A stretch of DNA of 64,000 nt from assembly GCA_036399695.1 (NCBI GenBank), contig DASWMP010000322.1, positions 8,997 to 72,996 on the forward strand, in the 5' to 3' direction. The position numbers and the translations under genes were made by a program. Numbering within the stretch: the first letter of the stretch is position 1; each line of letters opens with the position of its first letter. The notes under the pieces are model-generated. The model worked only from the letters and a program-made list of their open reading frames with translations, was not told the origin of the DNA and ran no database searches. Positions 9,348 to 18,772 of the stretch are shown here, piece after piece. The DNA comes from Thermoanaerobaculia bacterium (GTDB lineage Bacteria; Acidobacteriota; Thermoanaerobaculia; Gp7-AA8).

Positions 9348-10342
9348 TGGGACGCGCGATCGCACTGCTGGGAAGTCTGATCACGAGTGCCTGCTGTACG
9401 TCTTTGCCGAAGCAGGCGGTGAAGGGCGTGGCGTTCCCCGCGGCCGACGCGATGGGACAGATGCGACCCGTGGGACCTTTGGGAAGCGGGGGCGCGGACG
9501 CATCCCTTAGGTCCGATGAGTCCCATCTGTCCGCTTCGACTGTCACGGAAGAGAGCTACGTCTGGCGCGATGAAAAGCGCAGCCGCGACGTGCCGGTGAA
9601 GCTGTATGTCCCCACGGCCAGCGACAGGCATCCGGTGGTGGTCTTCTCGCACGGCATCGGGGAGAACCGCGACTCGTACGCCTACCTGGGGCAGGCGCTG
9701 GCGCGGGCGGGCTTTCTCGCCGTTCACGTCACGCACGCCGGGACCGACAAGGCGGTGCTCGCGCACGGCTACCGCGCGCTCTACCGGCAGGTGAAGCAGC
9801 CGAAGAACTGGATCGCCCGTCCGTTGGACGTCAGCTTCGTCCTCGACCAGCTCGCGCGGCGCAAGGACGCGGACATGGATCGCGTCGCCGTGGCCGGTCA
9901 CTCAGCCGGCGCGTTCACCGCCTTCGCCCTCGCCGGGATGCGCACCGTGAACGGCGGCAACTTCCGGGACGAGCGGGTCAAGGTGGTAGTGCCGATGTCG
10001 ATGCCGCGCCTGGATCACATCGTGCCGGAAGGAGGCTACGCGACCATCACGACCCCCGTGCTGAACGTGACGGGGACGTGTGACACGTCGATCATCTACC
10101 GCACCTTTCCCCGTCACCGCCGCATCCCGTTCGAGCGGAGCCGCGGGCAGTTCCTCGTCACGATCGAGAGGGTGAATCACGACAGCTTCGTGCTCGACGA
10201 TCCGCGCCATGAGCTCATCGCGGACCTCGTCATCGCCTTCCTGCGCGGCTATCTGCTCGGCGATCCGGGTGCACGGGCGTGGTTCGAGGAGCCGGGGAAT
10301 GCCGAGCTCGTCGGCGTAAATCTTGCGGTGGAGCGGCGTTAG
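9344..10342 (+). CDS. Secreted alpha/beta hydrolase (PAF-acetylhydrolase / dienelactone-hydrolase-like).
   Basis: Signal peptide, then a GHSAG nucleophile elbow and an alpha/beta-hydrolase layout. Confidence 0.75.
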   Translation: MMGRAIALLGSLITSACCTSLPKQAVKGVAFPAADAMGQMRPVGPLGSGGADASLRSDESHLSASTVTEESYVWRDEKRSRDVPVKLYVPTASDRHPVVVFSHGIGENRDSYAYLGQALARAGFLAVHVTHAGTDKAVLAHGYRALYRQVKQPKNWIARPLDVSFVLDQLARRKDADMDRVAVAGHSAGAFTAFALAGMRTVNGGNFRDERVKVVVPMSMPRLDHIVPEGGYATITTPVLNVTGTCDTSIIYRTFPRHRRIPFERSRGQFLVTIERVNHDSFVLDDPRHELIADLVIAFLRGYLLGDPGARAWFEEPGNAELVGVNLAVERR

Positions 10343-10359
10343 AGGAGTCTGGGGAACCT

Positions 10360-11088
10360 ATGGACCATGCCGTCGGTCTCGTGCAGGCCTATCTGCAGCT
10401 CAACGGTTACTTCACCTCGGCGGAATCGCCGATCTTCGCGGGCGCGGGCCGCAACGGCGTCCGTACCGTGACGGACATCGACATCCTGGCGTTCCGCTTC
10501 CCGACCGGCATGGAGGAAGTGCACGGCCGGCGGGAGCCACGCGCCCTCGACATGACGCAGCTCGACGCCGGTCTGGCCGTGCCGCCCGATACGGTGGACA
10601 TGATCATCGGCGAGGTGAAGGAAGGACGCGTCGGCATCAACTCCGCCGTGCGCGATCCGCTGGTGCTCAAGGCGATCATCAGCCGCTTCGGTGAAGGAGC
10701 CGACTACGACAAGGTCGTCGAGGAGTTGCTGAATACCGGCACCGCGCAGATCCCCCCGCATTACACGGTGCGCCTGATCGCGTTCGGCTCGTTCCCCCCC
10801 GGCTCGCAGGTCCCGCCGTGCCGGATCATCAGCCTCGGGCACGTGCTGAACTTCCTGCAGCAGTACGTGCGGAAGCACTGGGGTATGCTGCGTCATCTGC
10901 AGTTCAAGGACCCGGCTTTCGGTTTTCTGATGACGATCGAGAAGGCGAAGCGGGGCGGCGCCGGACGCCGCGGCGAGCAAGGCGTGGAAGTCGTGCCGGC
11001 CGTCGGCGAGGAACGCATCGCCCATCCCCGCCCGCAGGAGGCGTCGCGTCGTCACGGACCGCCCGGGCACCGGAGGAATGGGAAGTGA
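10360..11088 (+). CDS. Hypothetical protein, possibly a PD-(D/E)xK-like fold.
   Basis: Strong GC3 bias. AGGAG lies upstream of ATG 10360. The stop overlaps the GTG of the next gene. Motifs TDIDIL...GEVKEG are noted. Confidence 0.55.
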   Translation: MDHAVGLVQAYLQLNGYFTSAESPIFAGAGRNGVRTVTDIDILAFRFPTGMEEVHGRREPRALDMTQLDAGLAVPPDTVDMIIGEVKEGRVGINSAVRDPLVLKAIISRFGEGADYDKVVEELLNTGTAQIPPHYTVRLIAFGSFPPGSQVPPCRIISLGHVLNFLQQYVRKHWGMLRHLQFKDPAFGFLMTIEKAKRGGAGRRGEQGVEVVPAVGEERIAHPRPQEASRRHGPPGHRRNGK

Positions 11089-11492
11089 GCGAGAAACCGA
11101 TTTTCGACTCCCGGGATCCGATTTCCGGCGTGACGCGAAGGCGGTTCGCGCAGCTCGCGGCCGCTGCTGCCGCGGTGTTGCCGTCCGCGCTCCCTGCGAC
11201 ATTAGCGGCGCAGGAAGTGCCGGCGCAACCGCAGCAGTCGCAGCTCTCGGCGGCGGCGCAGGCGGAAGTGGATGCGCGCATCGCCTGGACCTTCGGCAAG
11301 TATGGGGCGCGGCTCGACGACGCGCAGAAGGCGGACATTCGCAGACTGATCACCGGCTCGTACGCCGGCTTCGAGCAGATGCGCGCGTATCCGCTGGACA
11401 ACAGCGTGGAGCCGTCGACGGTGTTCCGCGTCTGGCGCGCGGCGCCGCGGCGCGCCTTCGTCCCGAAAGTGGAGCGGAAGGAGAAGTCGTGA
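11085..11492 (+). CDS. Small twin-arginine (Tat) signal protein, 135 aa.
   Basis: GGAGG lies 7 nt before GTG 11085. The N-terminus (SGVTRRRFAQLAAAAAAVLP) is a Tat motif. The TGA stop overlaps the GTG of the amidase (GTGA). Confidence 0.6.
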   Translation: MSEKPIFDSRDPISGVTRRRFAQLAAAAAAVLPSALPATLAAQEVPAQPQQSQLSAAAQAEVDARIAWTFGKYGARLDDAQKADIRRLITGSYAGFEQMRAYPLDNSVEPSTVFRVWRAAPRRAFVPKVERKEKS

Positions 11493-12880
11493 TCGGCGAG
11501 GACGTCCTCTATCTCACGGTCACGGAGCTGGCGTCGCGCATCAAGTCGCGGGCGCTCTCGCCGGTCGAGCTGACGGAGGCGTACCTGCAGCGGAGCGAGT
11601 CGGTCGGCGCGCGTCTCAACGCGTACGCCACGATCACGCGTGAGCGGGCGCTGACGGAAGCGCGTGAAGCGGAACGGGAGATTGCCGCCGGCCGCTATCG
11701 CGGGCCGCTGCACGGCATCCCGTACGCGGCGAAGGATCTGCTGGCGGCGAAGGGCTATCCGACGTCGTGGGGTGCGCCGCCGTATGCGAATCAGCGCTTC
11801 GACTTCGACGCCACGGTCATCCGCAAGCTGAAGAACGCAGGTGCGGTGCTCGTCGGGAAGGCGGCCATGATCGAGCTGGCCGGCGGGATGGGTTACCGCT
11901 ACGGCACGGCGTCGATCACAGGCGGCACGAAGAACCCGTGGAACGAGAACTGTTGGACGTGCGGCTCGTCGAGCGGCTCCGGCGCGATCGTCGCGGCGGG
12001 GCTGGCGGCGTTCGCCATCGGCACCGAGACGTGGGGCTCGATCGTCTGCCCGTCGGCCTTCTGCGGCGTGTCGGGACTGCGCCCGACGTTCGGACGTGTC
12101 GGCCGCGGCGGGGCCATGGCGCTGTCGTACTCGATGGACAAGATCGGCCCGATGGCCCGCAGTGCCGACGACTGCGGCCTGATCCTGGCGGCCCTCTCCG
12201 GCCACGATCCGGACGACCGCCATTCACTGCCGGACGAGGAAGGGCTCTTCGCCTACGAGCGTGACGCACGGAAGCTGCGGGTCGGCCGCGTCACGAATGC
12301 CTGGGGCAGCATGCCGGAAGACATCGCCTCCGCGACGAACGCCGCGTTCGAAACGCTGCGCGCCGGCGGCGCCACGATCGTCGACGTGAAGCTGCCGGAC
12401 GGCCCGTGGGAAATGGCCGCCGCCGTGACGATCCAGGTGGAAGGGGCGTCGGCGTTCGAGTCGCTCATCGAGTCCGGCCGCGTCTCGGAGCTGCGCGATC
12501 CCGGCAGCCGCATCGGCGGCTACGTCAACATGACCATCCCCGGCCCCGACTACCTGCGGGCCCAGCGCATCCGCACGGTGCTGCAGCGGGAGATCGACAA
12601 GGTCTTCGAGCAGGTGGACGTGGTGGCCTCCGCCACGCTGCCGATCACCGCCACGCGCATGGAGACGAACCTCGAGAGCGACTTTGCCTTCTCCGATCCG
12701 ATGGGCGGCATCGGCAACTTCGCCGGGCTGCCGGCCATCAGCGTGCCCTCGGGGCTGAGCTCACGCCGGCTGCCGATGGGCGTGGTGTTCATGGGGCGGG
12801 CGCTGGATGACAACGCGGTGCTGGCGGCGGCGCGGCTGTTTCAGTCGAGGACGGACTTTCATCAACAGCGGCCGGTTTGA
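11489..12880 (+). CDS. Amidase-signature family amidase.
   Basis: GGSSGGS-type signature (CGSSSGSGAIVAAG) and a Ser-cisSer-Lys arrangement. GTG start at 11489. No signal peptide of its own. Confidence 0.88.
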   Translation: MIGEDVLYLTVTELASRIKSRALSPVELTEAYLQRSESVGARLNAYATITRERALTEAREAEREIAAGRYRGPLHGIPYAAKDLLAAKGYPTSWGAPPYANQRFDFDATVIRKLKNAGAVLVGKAAMIELAGGMGYRYGTASITGGTKNPWNENCWTCGSSSGSGAIVAAGLAAFAIGTETWGSIVCPSAFCGVSGLRPTFGRVGRGGAMALSYSMDKIGPMARSADDCGLILAALSGHDPDDRHSLPDEEGLFAYERDARKLRVGRVTNAWGSMPEDIASATNAAFETLRAGGATIVDVKLPDGPWEMAAAVTIQVEGASAFESLIESGRVSELRDPGSRIGGYVNMTIPGPDYLRAQRIRTVLQREIDKVFEQVDVVASATLPITATRMETNLESDFAFSDPMGGIGNFAGLPAISVPSGLSSRRLPMGVVFMGRALDDNAVLAAARLFQSRTDFHQQRPV

Positions 12881-12884
12881 AGCA

Positions 12885-12970
12885 AGTTGGCGGTTGGCAG
12901 TTGGCAGTGGAGTACCAAAATCGCGGAGCCATTTCCACTGCCAACCGCCAACTGCCAACCGCCAACTGTC
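12885..12970. repeat. R2 palindromic element (TTGGCGGTTGGCAGTTGGC arms).
   Basis: Inverted arms between two convergent genes. Other copies sit at 28401, 34731 and 43713. Confidence 0.85.
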
Positions 12971-12971
12971 T

Positions 12972-14579
12972 CTAGTGCACCACCACCCGGTTTCGCCCGC
13001 TGCGCTTGGCCTCATACAGCGCCACATCGGCACGGCGCACGAAGGCCTCGGTCAGGGCGCCGTGGCTGTCGCGCTCCGGGATCGTGGTGGCCAGGCCGGT
13101 GCTGATGGTGATGCGTTGCATTGGGGCGGCGGGGTGGGGGATGGCCAGCTCGGCGATCTTTTCGCGGAGTGCTTCGGCCAGCTTCAGCGCCTGCTCGGCG
13201 CCGGTATCGGAGAGCAGCACCACGAACTCTTCGCCGCCGTAGCGGGCGACCAGATCGCCGGCGCGTTGCAGTGAGTCGCGCAGCGTCTTGGCCACCCGGC
13301 GCAGGCAATCGTCGCCGGCCTGGTGGCCGCAGGCGTCGTTGTAGGCTTTGAAGAAATCGATGTCGATCAGCATCAGCGACAGTGGTCCGTGCGTGCGGGC
13401 GCCGCGCCGCCATTCGCTGGCGAGCATCTCGTCGAAGTGCCGGCGGTTGGAGACGCCGGTGAGGCCGTCCTGGGTCGAGATCTCGTGCAGCGTCTCGATG
13501 GCGTGGGCGAGATGGGCGTTCGCTTCTTCGAGGGCGAGCTGTTTCTGCTCGAGATCCGCGCGCGCCTGGAAGAGACTGATCGCGCCCGCGACCTGATCGG
13601 CGAAGGCTTCGAAGGCCAGCACGTTCGCGGGGGTGAAGACGTCGGACGTGCGGCTTTCGAGGTTCAGCACGCCGAGCACTTCGTCGCGGAACCGGATCGG
13701 GACGGCGAGCTCCGACACGACGCTCGGGTTCACGTCCACGTACTCCGGGTCCTGGGTGACGTCGAGCACGAACTGCGTCTGCGCCATACGGATGCAGCGG
13801 CCGACGATCCCGCGCGAGACAGGCCAGCGCTGGCCGGCGAACTCCATCGAGCCGGAGACGGCCCGCTCGACGTGCTCCCCCTGCTCCCTGTTGTGGATCA
13901 GGATCGTCACGATCTCGACAGGGAAGCGGTCGTGGATGTAGTTGACGACGCGATTGAGCAGGTCGTCGAGCGTCTCGGCGTCGAGCGCGGTGCGCGACAC
14001 CTCGCTCATCATCTGCATCAGGCCGGCGCGCTGTTTCAGCTCGTCGTACATCCGCGCGTTGGCGATGGCGCCGGCGATCTGGTCCGCGACCGTCGTGAGC
14101 AGCGGGAGCTGTCCATGAAATGCGGCGAGGCGCGTGCTCTCGAGGTTCAGCACCGCGACGAGCTCCCCCTTGTGGCGCACCGGGACGCAGAGCTCCGACC
14201 GTGCGTCCGGCATCGTCTCGACATAGCCGGCGACACCGCGGACGTCGTCGAGGAGGATCGGCTCGCCGGTGAGCGCGACCTGACCGACGATGCCGCTGCC
14301 GATGGGGCGGGCGTAGCCGGGGTGAATGTGCGTCTCAACGGCGCTCGTCACCGCTTCGCAGGTGAAGACGTTGCGCTCCTGTTCGACGAGCACAAGCGCG
14401 ACGAACTGCCAGTCGAACTTGTTCGCCAGCGCGTCGGTGATGCGCTGCATCATCGGGCGCAGCTCGAGATCCGAGGTGGCGATGCGGCCGATTTCGTTGA
14501 GGATCTCGAGCTGCTGCGCGCGCGGGTCGGGCGGAGGGTGATGAAAGCCGAGACCCGTACGTCGCTCCACGAAACTCAT
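12972..14579 (-). CDS. GAF-GAF-GGDEF diguanylate cyclase.
   Basis: Two GAF domains and a GGDEF domain (RYGGEEF, LIDIDFFKAYND). The start was taken at MSFVERR (14579). Confidence 0.9.
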   Translation of the reverse strand: MSFVERRTGLGFHHPPPDPRAQQLEILNEIGRIATSDLELRPMMQRITDALANKFDWQFVALVLVEQERNVFTCEAVTSAVETHIHPGYARPIGSGIVGQVALTGEPILLDDVRGVAGYVETMPDARSELCVPVRHKGELVAVLNLESTRLAAFHGQLPLLTTVADQIAGAIANARMYDELKQRAGLMQMMSEVSRTALDAETLDDLLNRVVNYIHDRFPVEIVTILIHNREQGEHVERAVSGSMEFAGQRWPVSRGIVGRCIRMAQTQFVLDVTQDPEYVDVNPSVVSELAVPIRFRDEVLGVLNLESRTSDVFTPANVLAFEAFADQVAGAISLFQARADLEQKQLALEEANAHLAHAIETLHEISTQDGLTGVSNRRHFDEMLASEWRRGARTHGPLSLMLIDIDFFKAYNDACGHQAGDDCLRRVAKTLRDSLQRAGDLVARYGGEEFVVLLSDTGAEQALKLAEALREKIAELAIPHPAAPMQRITISTGLATTIPERDSHGALTEAFVRRADVALYEAKRSGRNRVVVH

Positions 14580-14604
14580 CGCTTCCGTTATGCCCCGAGC
14601 AGAC

Positions 14605-14650
14605 GATGGGACCAATGGGACCTATAGGACGCATGGGACCTATAGGACGG
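14605..14650. repeat. R6 tandem 9-mer repeat.
   Basis: atgggaccaatgggacctataggacgcatgggacctataggacgg. Confidence 0.8.
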
Positions 14651-14757
14651 ACGCGGGCTGGATGGGCGCCAGTTCACCCCCCGAGGATACGACGATTCCG
14701 ATCTCCGAGTGCCGATTTACCGGAAACCGGATCTCGGAGACCGGAAATCGTCCTCCC

Positions 14758-15624
14758 TCACCGGATCCGCACTTCCACCCGCTGCCCCAGCTTGAGCGGC
14801 GTCTTCTCGTCGAAGGCGATCTTCACGAGCAGCACGCGCGCGTCGATCGGCTTGGCCGGATCCTGCGGCTTGAGGCGGCGGTTCACGACGGCGTCGGGGA
14901 TCTCTTCGATCGTGCCCTGCCAGGGCTGGTCGTAGCCTTCGGCGAGGATCGTTGCTTCACCGCCGAGGCGGACGCGCGAGGCGTCGTACTCATCGACTTC
15001 CGCTTCGACGCGTGTCTTGTCGAGGTTCGCAACCGTCACGAGCTGCGCGCCGCTTTCGACCGACTCGCCGGCGTGCACGTGACGGGCGATGACGACGCCG
15101 TCGATCGGCGCGGTGATGACGGTCTTGGCCAGCACCGCTTCGAGGCGTCGCAGCTCGGCGACGGTCGAGGCGCGGCGCGCACGGGCGGCGTCGAGATCGC
15201 GCTCCGCCTTGTCCCACGCCTGGCGCGAGCCGACGTCTTCCTGGAAGAGGCTCTTCGCACGCGCGCTCTCCGACTCGTACAGCCGGATGTCCGCTTCGGC
15301 TTCACCGACGCGTGCCCGCGCCTCGGCGATGGCGGCGCGGGTGTCGTCCGCCTTGATCGTGGCGATCGTCTGTCCTTTGCGCACGTGGTCTTTCTCGTCG
15401 ACCGTGAGCGTGGCGATGGTGCCGGCGACGTCGGTGCCGATCGTCACCTCGGCGCCCGGATACGCGACGAGGCGTCCTTCGGCGACGACTTTCGCCGCGT
15501 CGGGCTTCACCACGGCGCGCTGCTTCGGCGGCACGCTGCCGCGCGCGCTGCGCATTGCTTTCACCTGCGCAACCGTGACGATGATCAGCAGAAGGGCCAG
15601 TGTGGGGTAGAGGTACTTTCTCAT
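14758..15624 (-). CDS. HlyD-family membrane-fusion (periplasmic adaptor) protein.
   Basis: N-terminal anchor, coiled-coil hairpin and beta-barrel lipoyl-like motifs typical of MacA/DevB. Confidence 0.85.
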   Translation of the reverse strand: MRKYLYPTLALLLIIVTVAQVKAMRSARGSVPPKQRAVVKPDAAKVVAEGRLVAYPGAEVTIGTDVAGTIATLTVDEKDHVRKGQTIATIKADDTRAAIAEARARVGEAEADIRLYESESARAKSLFQEDVGSRQAWDKAERDLDAARARRASTVAELRRLEAVLAKTVITAPIDGVVIARHVHAGESVESGAQLVTVANLDKTRVEAEVDEYDASRVRLGGEATILAEGYDQPWQGTIEEIPDAVVNRRLKPQDPAKPIDARVLLVKIAFDEKTPLKLGQRVEVRIR

Positions 15625-15636
15625 TGACGTTGCTCC

Positions 15637-16296
15637 TCAGGCCGCGAGGCGGCCATCGTGAATCTTGACGACGCGATCGGCGATGCTGCGCACCTTCGGA
15701 TCGTGCGTGACGATCACCAGCGCGCGGTTTTCCTGCTTGGCGAGGTTGCGGAACATTTCGAGGACCTGCGTGCCGACGACGGAGTCGAGGTTCGCCGTCG
15801 GCTCGTCGGCCAGGAGGATCGGCGCATTGCCGGCCAGCGCACGGGCGATGGCCACGCGCTGCTTCTGCCCGCCCGACAGGTCGCGCGGCAGAAAGTGCGA
15901 GCGGTCCGACAGACCGACCGCATCGATGACGCGCTTCGCTTCCGTCTGCGCGGCGGTGCCCTTCACGCCCTTCACGTTGAGCGCGTACTCGACGTTCTCG
16001 GCGGCGGTGAGTGAAGGAAAGAGGTTGAACTGCTGGAAGACGAAGCCGAGCGAACGTTTGCGGATCTCCGCGAGCCGCCGCTCGGTGACCTGCTGCCCTT
16101 CGATGAAGACCTCGCCTTCCGACGGCGTGAGGATGCAGCCGAGGATCGAGAGGAAGGTCGTCTTTCCCGAGCCGGAGGGCCCTTCGAGCGAGACGATCTC
16201 GCCACGCTCGACACTGAAGTCGATCCCCTTCAGCACGGGGATCGTCTCGCGTCCCTCGGTGAAGGTTTTTACGACGTTATGCGTCTCGAGGATCAT
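15637..16296 (-). CDS. ABC transporter ATP-binding protein (DevA/MacB-ATPase-like).
   Basis: Walker A GPSGSGKTT, signature LSGGQKQRVAIARAL and Walker B ILLADEPT. The start was taken at MILETHN (16296). The long Arg-rich extension of the ORF was ignored. Confidence 0.9.
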   Translation of the reverse strand: MILETHNVVKTFTEGRETIPVLKGIDFSVERGEIVSLEGPSGSGKTTFLSILGCILTPSEGEVFIEGQQVTERRLAEIRKRSLGFVFQQFNLFPSLTAAENVEYALNVKGVKGTAAQTEAKRVIDAVGLSDRSHFLPRDLSGGQKQRVAIARALAGNAPILLADEPTANLDSVVGTQVLEMFRNLAKQENRALVIVTHDPKVRSIADRVVKIHDGRLAA

Positions 16297-16355
16297 GTGA
16301 GCTCCGATTTTCGATTCACGATTTCCGATTTCCTGGCGGCGCTGGTTTCGCGCCG

Positions 16356-17486
16356 CTATGCGCGAAACACCAGCGCCGGATCGATCGACGCCACTTTCCG
16401 GAACGAGATCACCGCGGCCGTGAGGCAGAGGAGGATCGAGCCGGCGAAGACGGCGATGAAGAGCGAGTTGGGGATGATGAGCTTGAGGTCGATCTTCGAC
16501 ATGACCGGGCGCAGGGCGAACGCCTGCAGCGCGCCGACGGCGAAGCCGGCGACGGCGGCGATCGTGGCCTGCTTGCCGAGGATCTTGTAGATCTCGCCGT
16601 TGCCTCCGCCGATCGCTTTGACGGTGCCGAACTCCTTGATGTGCTCCATCGTGGAGGTGTAGAGCGTCTGCGCGACGACCACGATCCCGACGAGGCAGCC
16701 GAGGAAGACCGTGATGTACATGTTCAGTCCGAGGCCTGTCGAATCGATCCAGTAGCTGCGTGAGCGCCTGGCCCATTCGTCGCGGAGATAGACGTCGTTG
16801 AACGGCAGGCGGCGCTGGATCTCGGCGCGTACCGCTTCGGCGTCGGTGCCCGGTGCGAGCTTCACGAGGATGTACGTCGTATTGCCGCGCAGCGTGTCTT
16901 CGGCGAGGGCCTGGGCCATGCGGAAGTCGAGGAAGGTGAGCGGCGTCGTCGTGAACGACTTCGCGTCGACCGTGCGGCCGATGATCTTCAACCGGCGGCC
17001 GAGGACTTCGCGGTATTCGCCGACCTCGAACGCGCCCCAGCGCTTCTTCGCCGAATCGTCGAGGACCATGTAAGGGCCGCGGCGGAGATCGTCGAGATTG
17101 CCATCGGTCACGTTGGCCGGAAAGCTCCAGGCGGCGAAGTTTTCGAGCGCGTAGACCTCCGTCCCCTCGACGGCGCCGGTCGGCAGGTTCACGTTCATGA
17201 ACCAGACGATCAGGTTGTCCGCGCGCTCCACCCCTTCGATCGACCGGACGCGCTTGATGTACGTCTCCGGGAAGGTGTGGGCAAAGTCGACGTTCGGCGT
17301 GTTGCGTGACGTCACCCAGAGGTCGGCGTCGATCTGGTCGATCGTGAGCGAGGCGTTGTCCATCAGGCCGAGGAAGAGGCCGACCTGGACGAAGACCAGC
17401 GTCACGGCGAAGGCGACGCCGGAGACGGTGATGAAGAAGCGCAGCTTGTCGTGGAGAAGACTGCGGACTGCGAGATCGACGGACAT
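16356..17486 (-). CDS. ABC transporter permease, FtsX/DevC-like.
   Basis: 376 aa with an N-terminal TM helix, a large periplasmic domain and three C-terminal TM helices (FtsX fold). Confidence 0.85.
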   Translation of the reverse strand: MSVDLAVRSLLHDKLRFFITVSGVAFAVTLVFVQVGLFLGLMDNASLTIDQIDADLWVTSRNTPNVDFAHTFPETYIKRVRSIEGVERADNLIVWFMNVNLPTGAVEGTEVYALENFAAWSFPANVTDGNLDDLRRGPYMVLDDSAKKRWGAFEVGEYREVLGRRLKIIGRTVDAKSFTTTPLTFLDFRMAQALAEDTLRGNTTYILVKLAPGTDAEAVRAEIQRRLPFNDVYLRDEWARRSRSYWIDSTGLGLNMYITVFLGCLVGIVVVAQTLYTSTMEHIKEFGTVKAIGGGNGEIYKILGKQATIAAVAGFAVGALQAFALRPVMSKIDLKLIIPNSLFIAVFAGSILLCLTAAVISFRKVASIDPALVFRA

Positions 17487-17493
17487 GGCTCTC

Positions 17494-17530
17494 CTGGGGC
17501 TCGGGGCTCAGGGCCCGCGGCTCGGTGGGG
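17494..17530. repeat. R9 G-tract element (GGGGCTCGGGGCTCAGGGCCC).
   Basis: Similar G-run elements occur at 55958-56015 and 59806-59850. Confidence 0.6.
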
Positions 17531-17565
17531 TTTCAGGTACAAGCGGGGTTACGACGGCGGGTCCG

Positions 17566-18195
17566 TTACGGTGGGGATTCGGCGCGGATCCCCTCGATCA
17601 GCGTCGCGGTCATGAACTCGGCGCGCTCCATCAGCGGGCGCCAGTCGACCCAGTCGTCATTGCACTTGGCGATGTCCAGGGAGATGACGCCGTGGACGCC
17701 GGCCCACATCGTCTGGGCGACGAGGTCGACGTCCGTCAGCTCCGGCCGGAGCTTTCCCTGGGCGATGCACTGCGTGACGATCTCTTTGAGGAAGGCGTAG
17801 GCGTCCTCTTCGGGGTTGCCTTTCCGGAGCTCGGTGTCGGCGATCGGCGGATGGGGGGTCATGAACATCAGCCGGTAATGATTCGGCGACTGCAGGCCGA
17901 ACTGGACGTAGGCCAGGCCGGTGACGCGGAGCTTCTCGAGCGGGTCGGGCAGCGCGTCCATGGCCGTGAACTGGTGGGCGAGCTGGGCAAAGTCGTGCTC
18001 GCACAGTTCTTTGAGCAGCGCTTCCTTGTCTTTGAAGTGAAAGTAGATCGCGGTGGCCGAGTACTCGATGCGGTCGGCGATCCGGCGCATGGTCACGGCC
18101 TCGTAGCCTTCGGAGGCGAACAACTCCCGGGCGGCATCCAGGATCTTGCCCCGGATCTCTTCACGCTCTCGCTCTCGACGTTCCTTTGGTCCCAA
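17566..18195 (-). CDS. TetR/AcrR-family transcriptional regulator.
   Basis: N-terminal HTH (AARELFASEGYEAVTMRRIADRIEYSATAIYFHF). Confidence 0.9.
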   Translation of the reverse strand: MGPKERREREREEIRGKILDAARELFASEGYEAVTMRRIADRIEYSATAIYFHFKDKEALLKELCEHDFAQLAHQFTAMDALPDPLEKLRVTGLAYVQFGLQSPNHYRLMFMTPHPPIADTELRKGNPEEDAYAFLKEIVTQCIAQGKLRPELTDVDLVAQTMWAGVHGVISLDIAKCNDDWVDWRPLMERAEFMTATLIEGIRAESPP

Positions 18196-18301
18196 ACCGC
18201 GCCTCCGATACTTAACAGCGTTAAGTTAGGTTGCGACGTTCTGATTGTCAAGGGGAACGATCGATCAATGAGACAGATCGCTCTTCGGTGAAGGGGGCCC
18301 A

Positions 18302-18327
18302 ATGTGGGACAGACACTCTTGTCTGTC
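18302..18327. repeat. R1 solo 26-bp palindromic unit.
   Basis: atgtgggacagacactcttgtctgtc. Confidence 0.8.
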
Positions 18328-18424
18328 TCTTTCCCGCTTCGAAAGAGCAGGGAGAAAGTGACGGGGATTCGGTGCGGCGCCTTCAGGCGCCCGCGACTCG
18401 TGGGGGGGCGGCAGCGGCCGCGGC

Positions 18425-18649
18425 CTAGTCGGCCAGCTTCTTCATCAGCTCGTTCACGCGATCGTAGACGTGGCGGACTGATGCTTCGACTTCCTGCGTG
18501 GTCGAGTCTGGCAGCACTTCATCCATGTGGATCATGTCCAGGATCTCGTCCGTGGCGAACAGGATGTCGGCAAGCCGGTCGAGGACGCGCTCCGACAGTG
18601 GGAGCTGAATGGCAGTCATCGGGTCGAACTGGAGGATTGTTTTGTGCAC
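18425..18649 (-). CDS. Hypothetical small acidic protein, 74 aa. GTG start, possibly shorter from an internal Met.
   Basis: GC3 bias is present but the RBS is weak. Confidence 0.3.
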   Translation of the reverse strand: MHKTILQFDPMTAIQLPLSERVLDRLADILFATDEILDMIHMDEVLPDSTTQEVEASVRHVYDRVNELMKKLAD

Positions 18650-18772
18650 TCTTCCTAGGAGTGATTTATCTCCCTATATCCCTACCCTCCATTTCATCTT
18701 TGTGCCCTGATAATTTTTTGTAACAGTGTTTGCCGGTTGTTCACGGTGAGGGCACGCCTCGTGCGAGCGAGA

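Noticed and set aside
8744-9901. 385-aa minus-strand ORF spanning the YkgJ gene and the hydrolase 5' region.
   Set aside because: Low-complexity Arg/Ser-rich translation that crosses a divergent intergenic region. The YkgJ frame, with its Cys cluster, is preferred.
10904-12223. 439-aa minus-strand ORF antisense to the amidase.
   Set aside because: Arg/Ala-rich low-complexity. The amidase frame has clear family signatures.
15637-16776. 379-aa version of the ABC ATPase with a 160-residue N-terminal extension.
   Set aside because: The extension is Arg/His/Pro-rich and overlaps the permease gene. A conserved start (MILETHN) sits at 16296, right after the permease stop.
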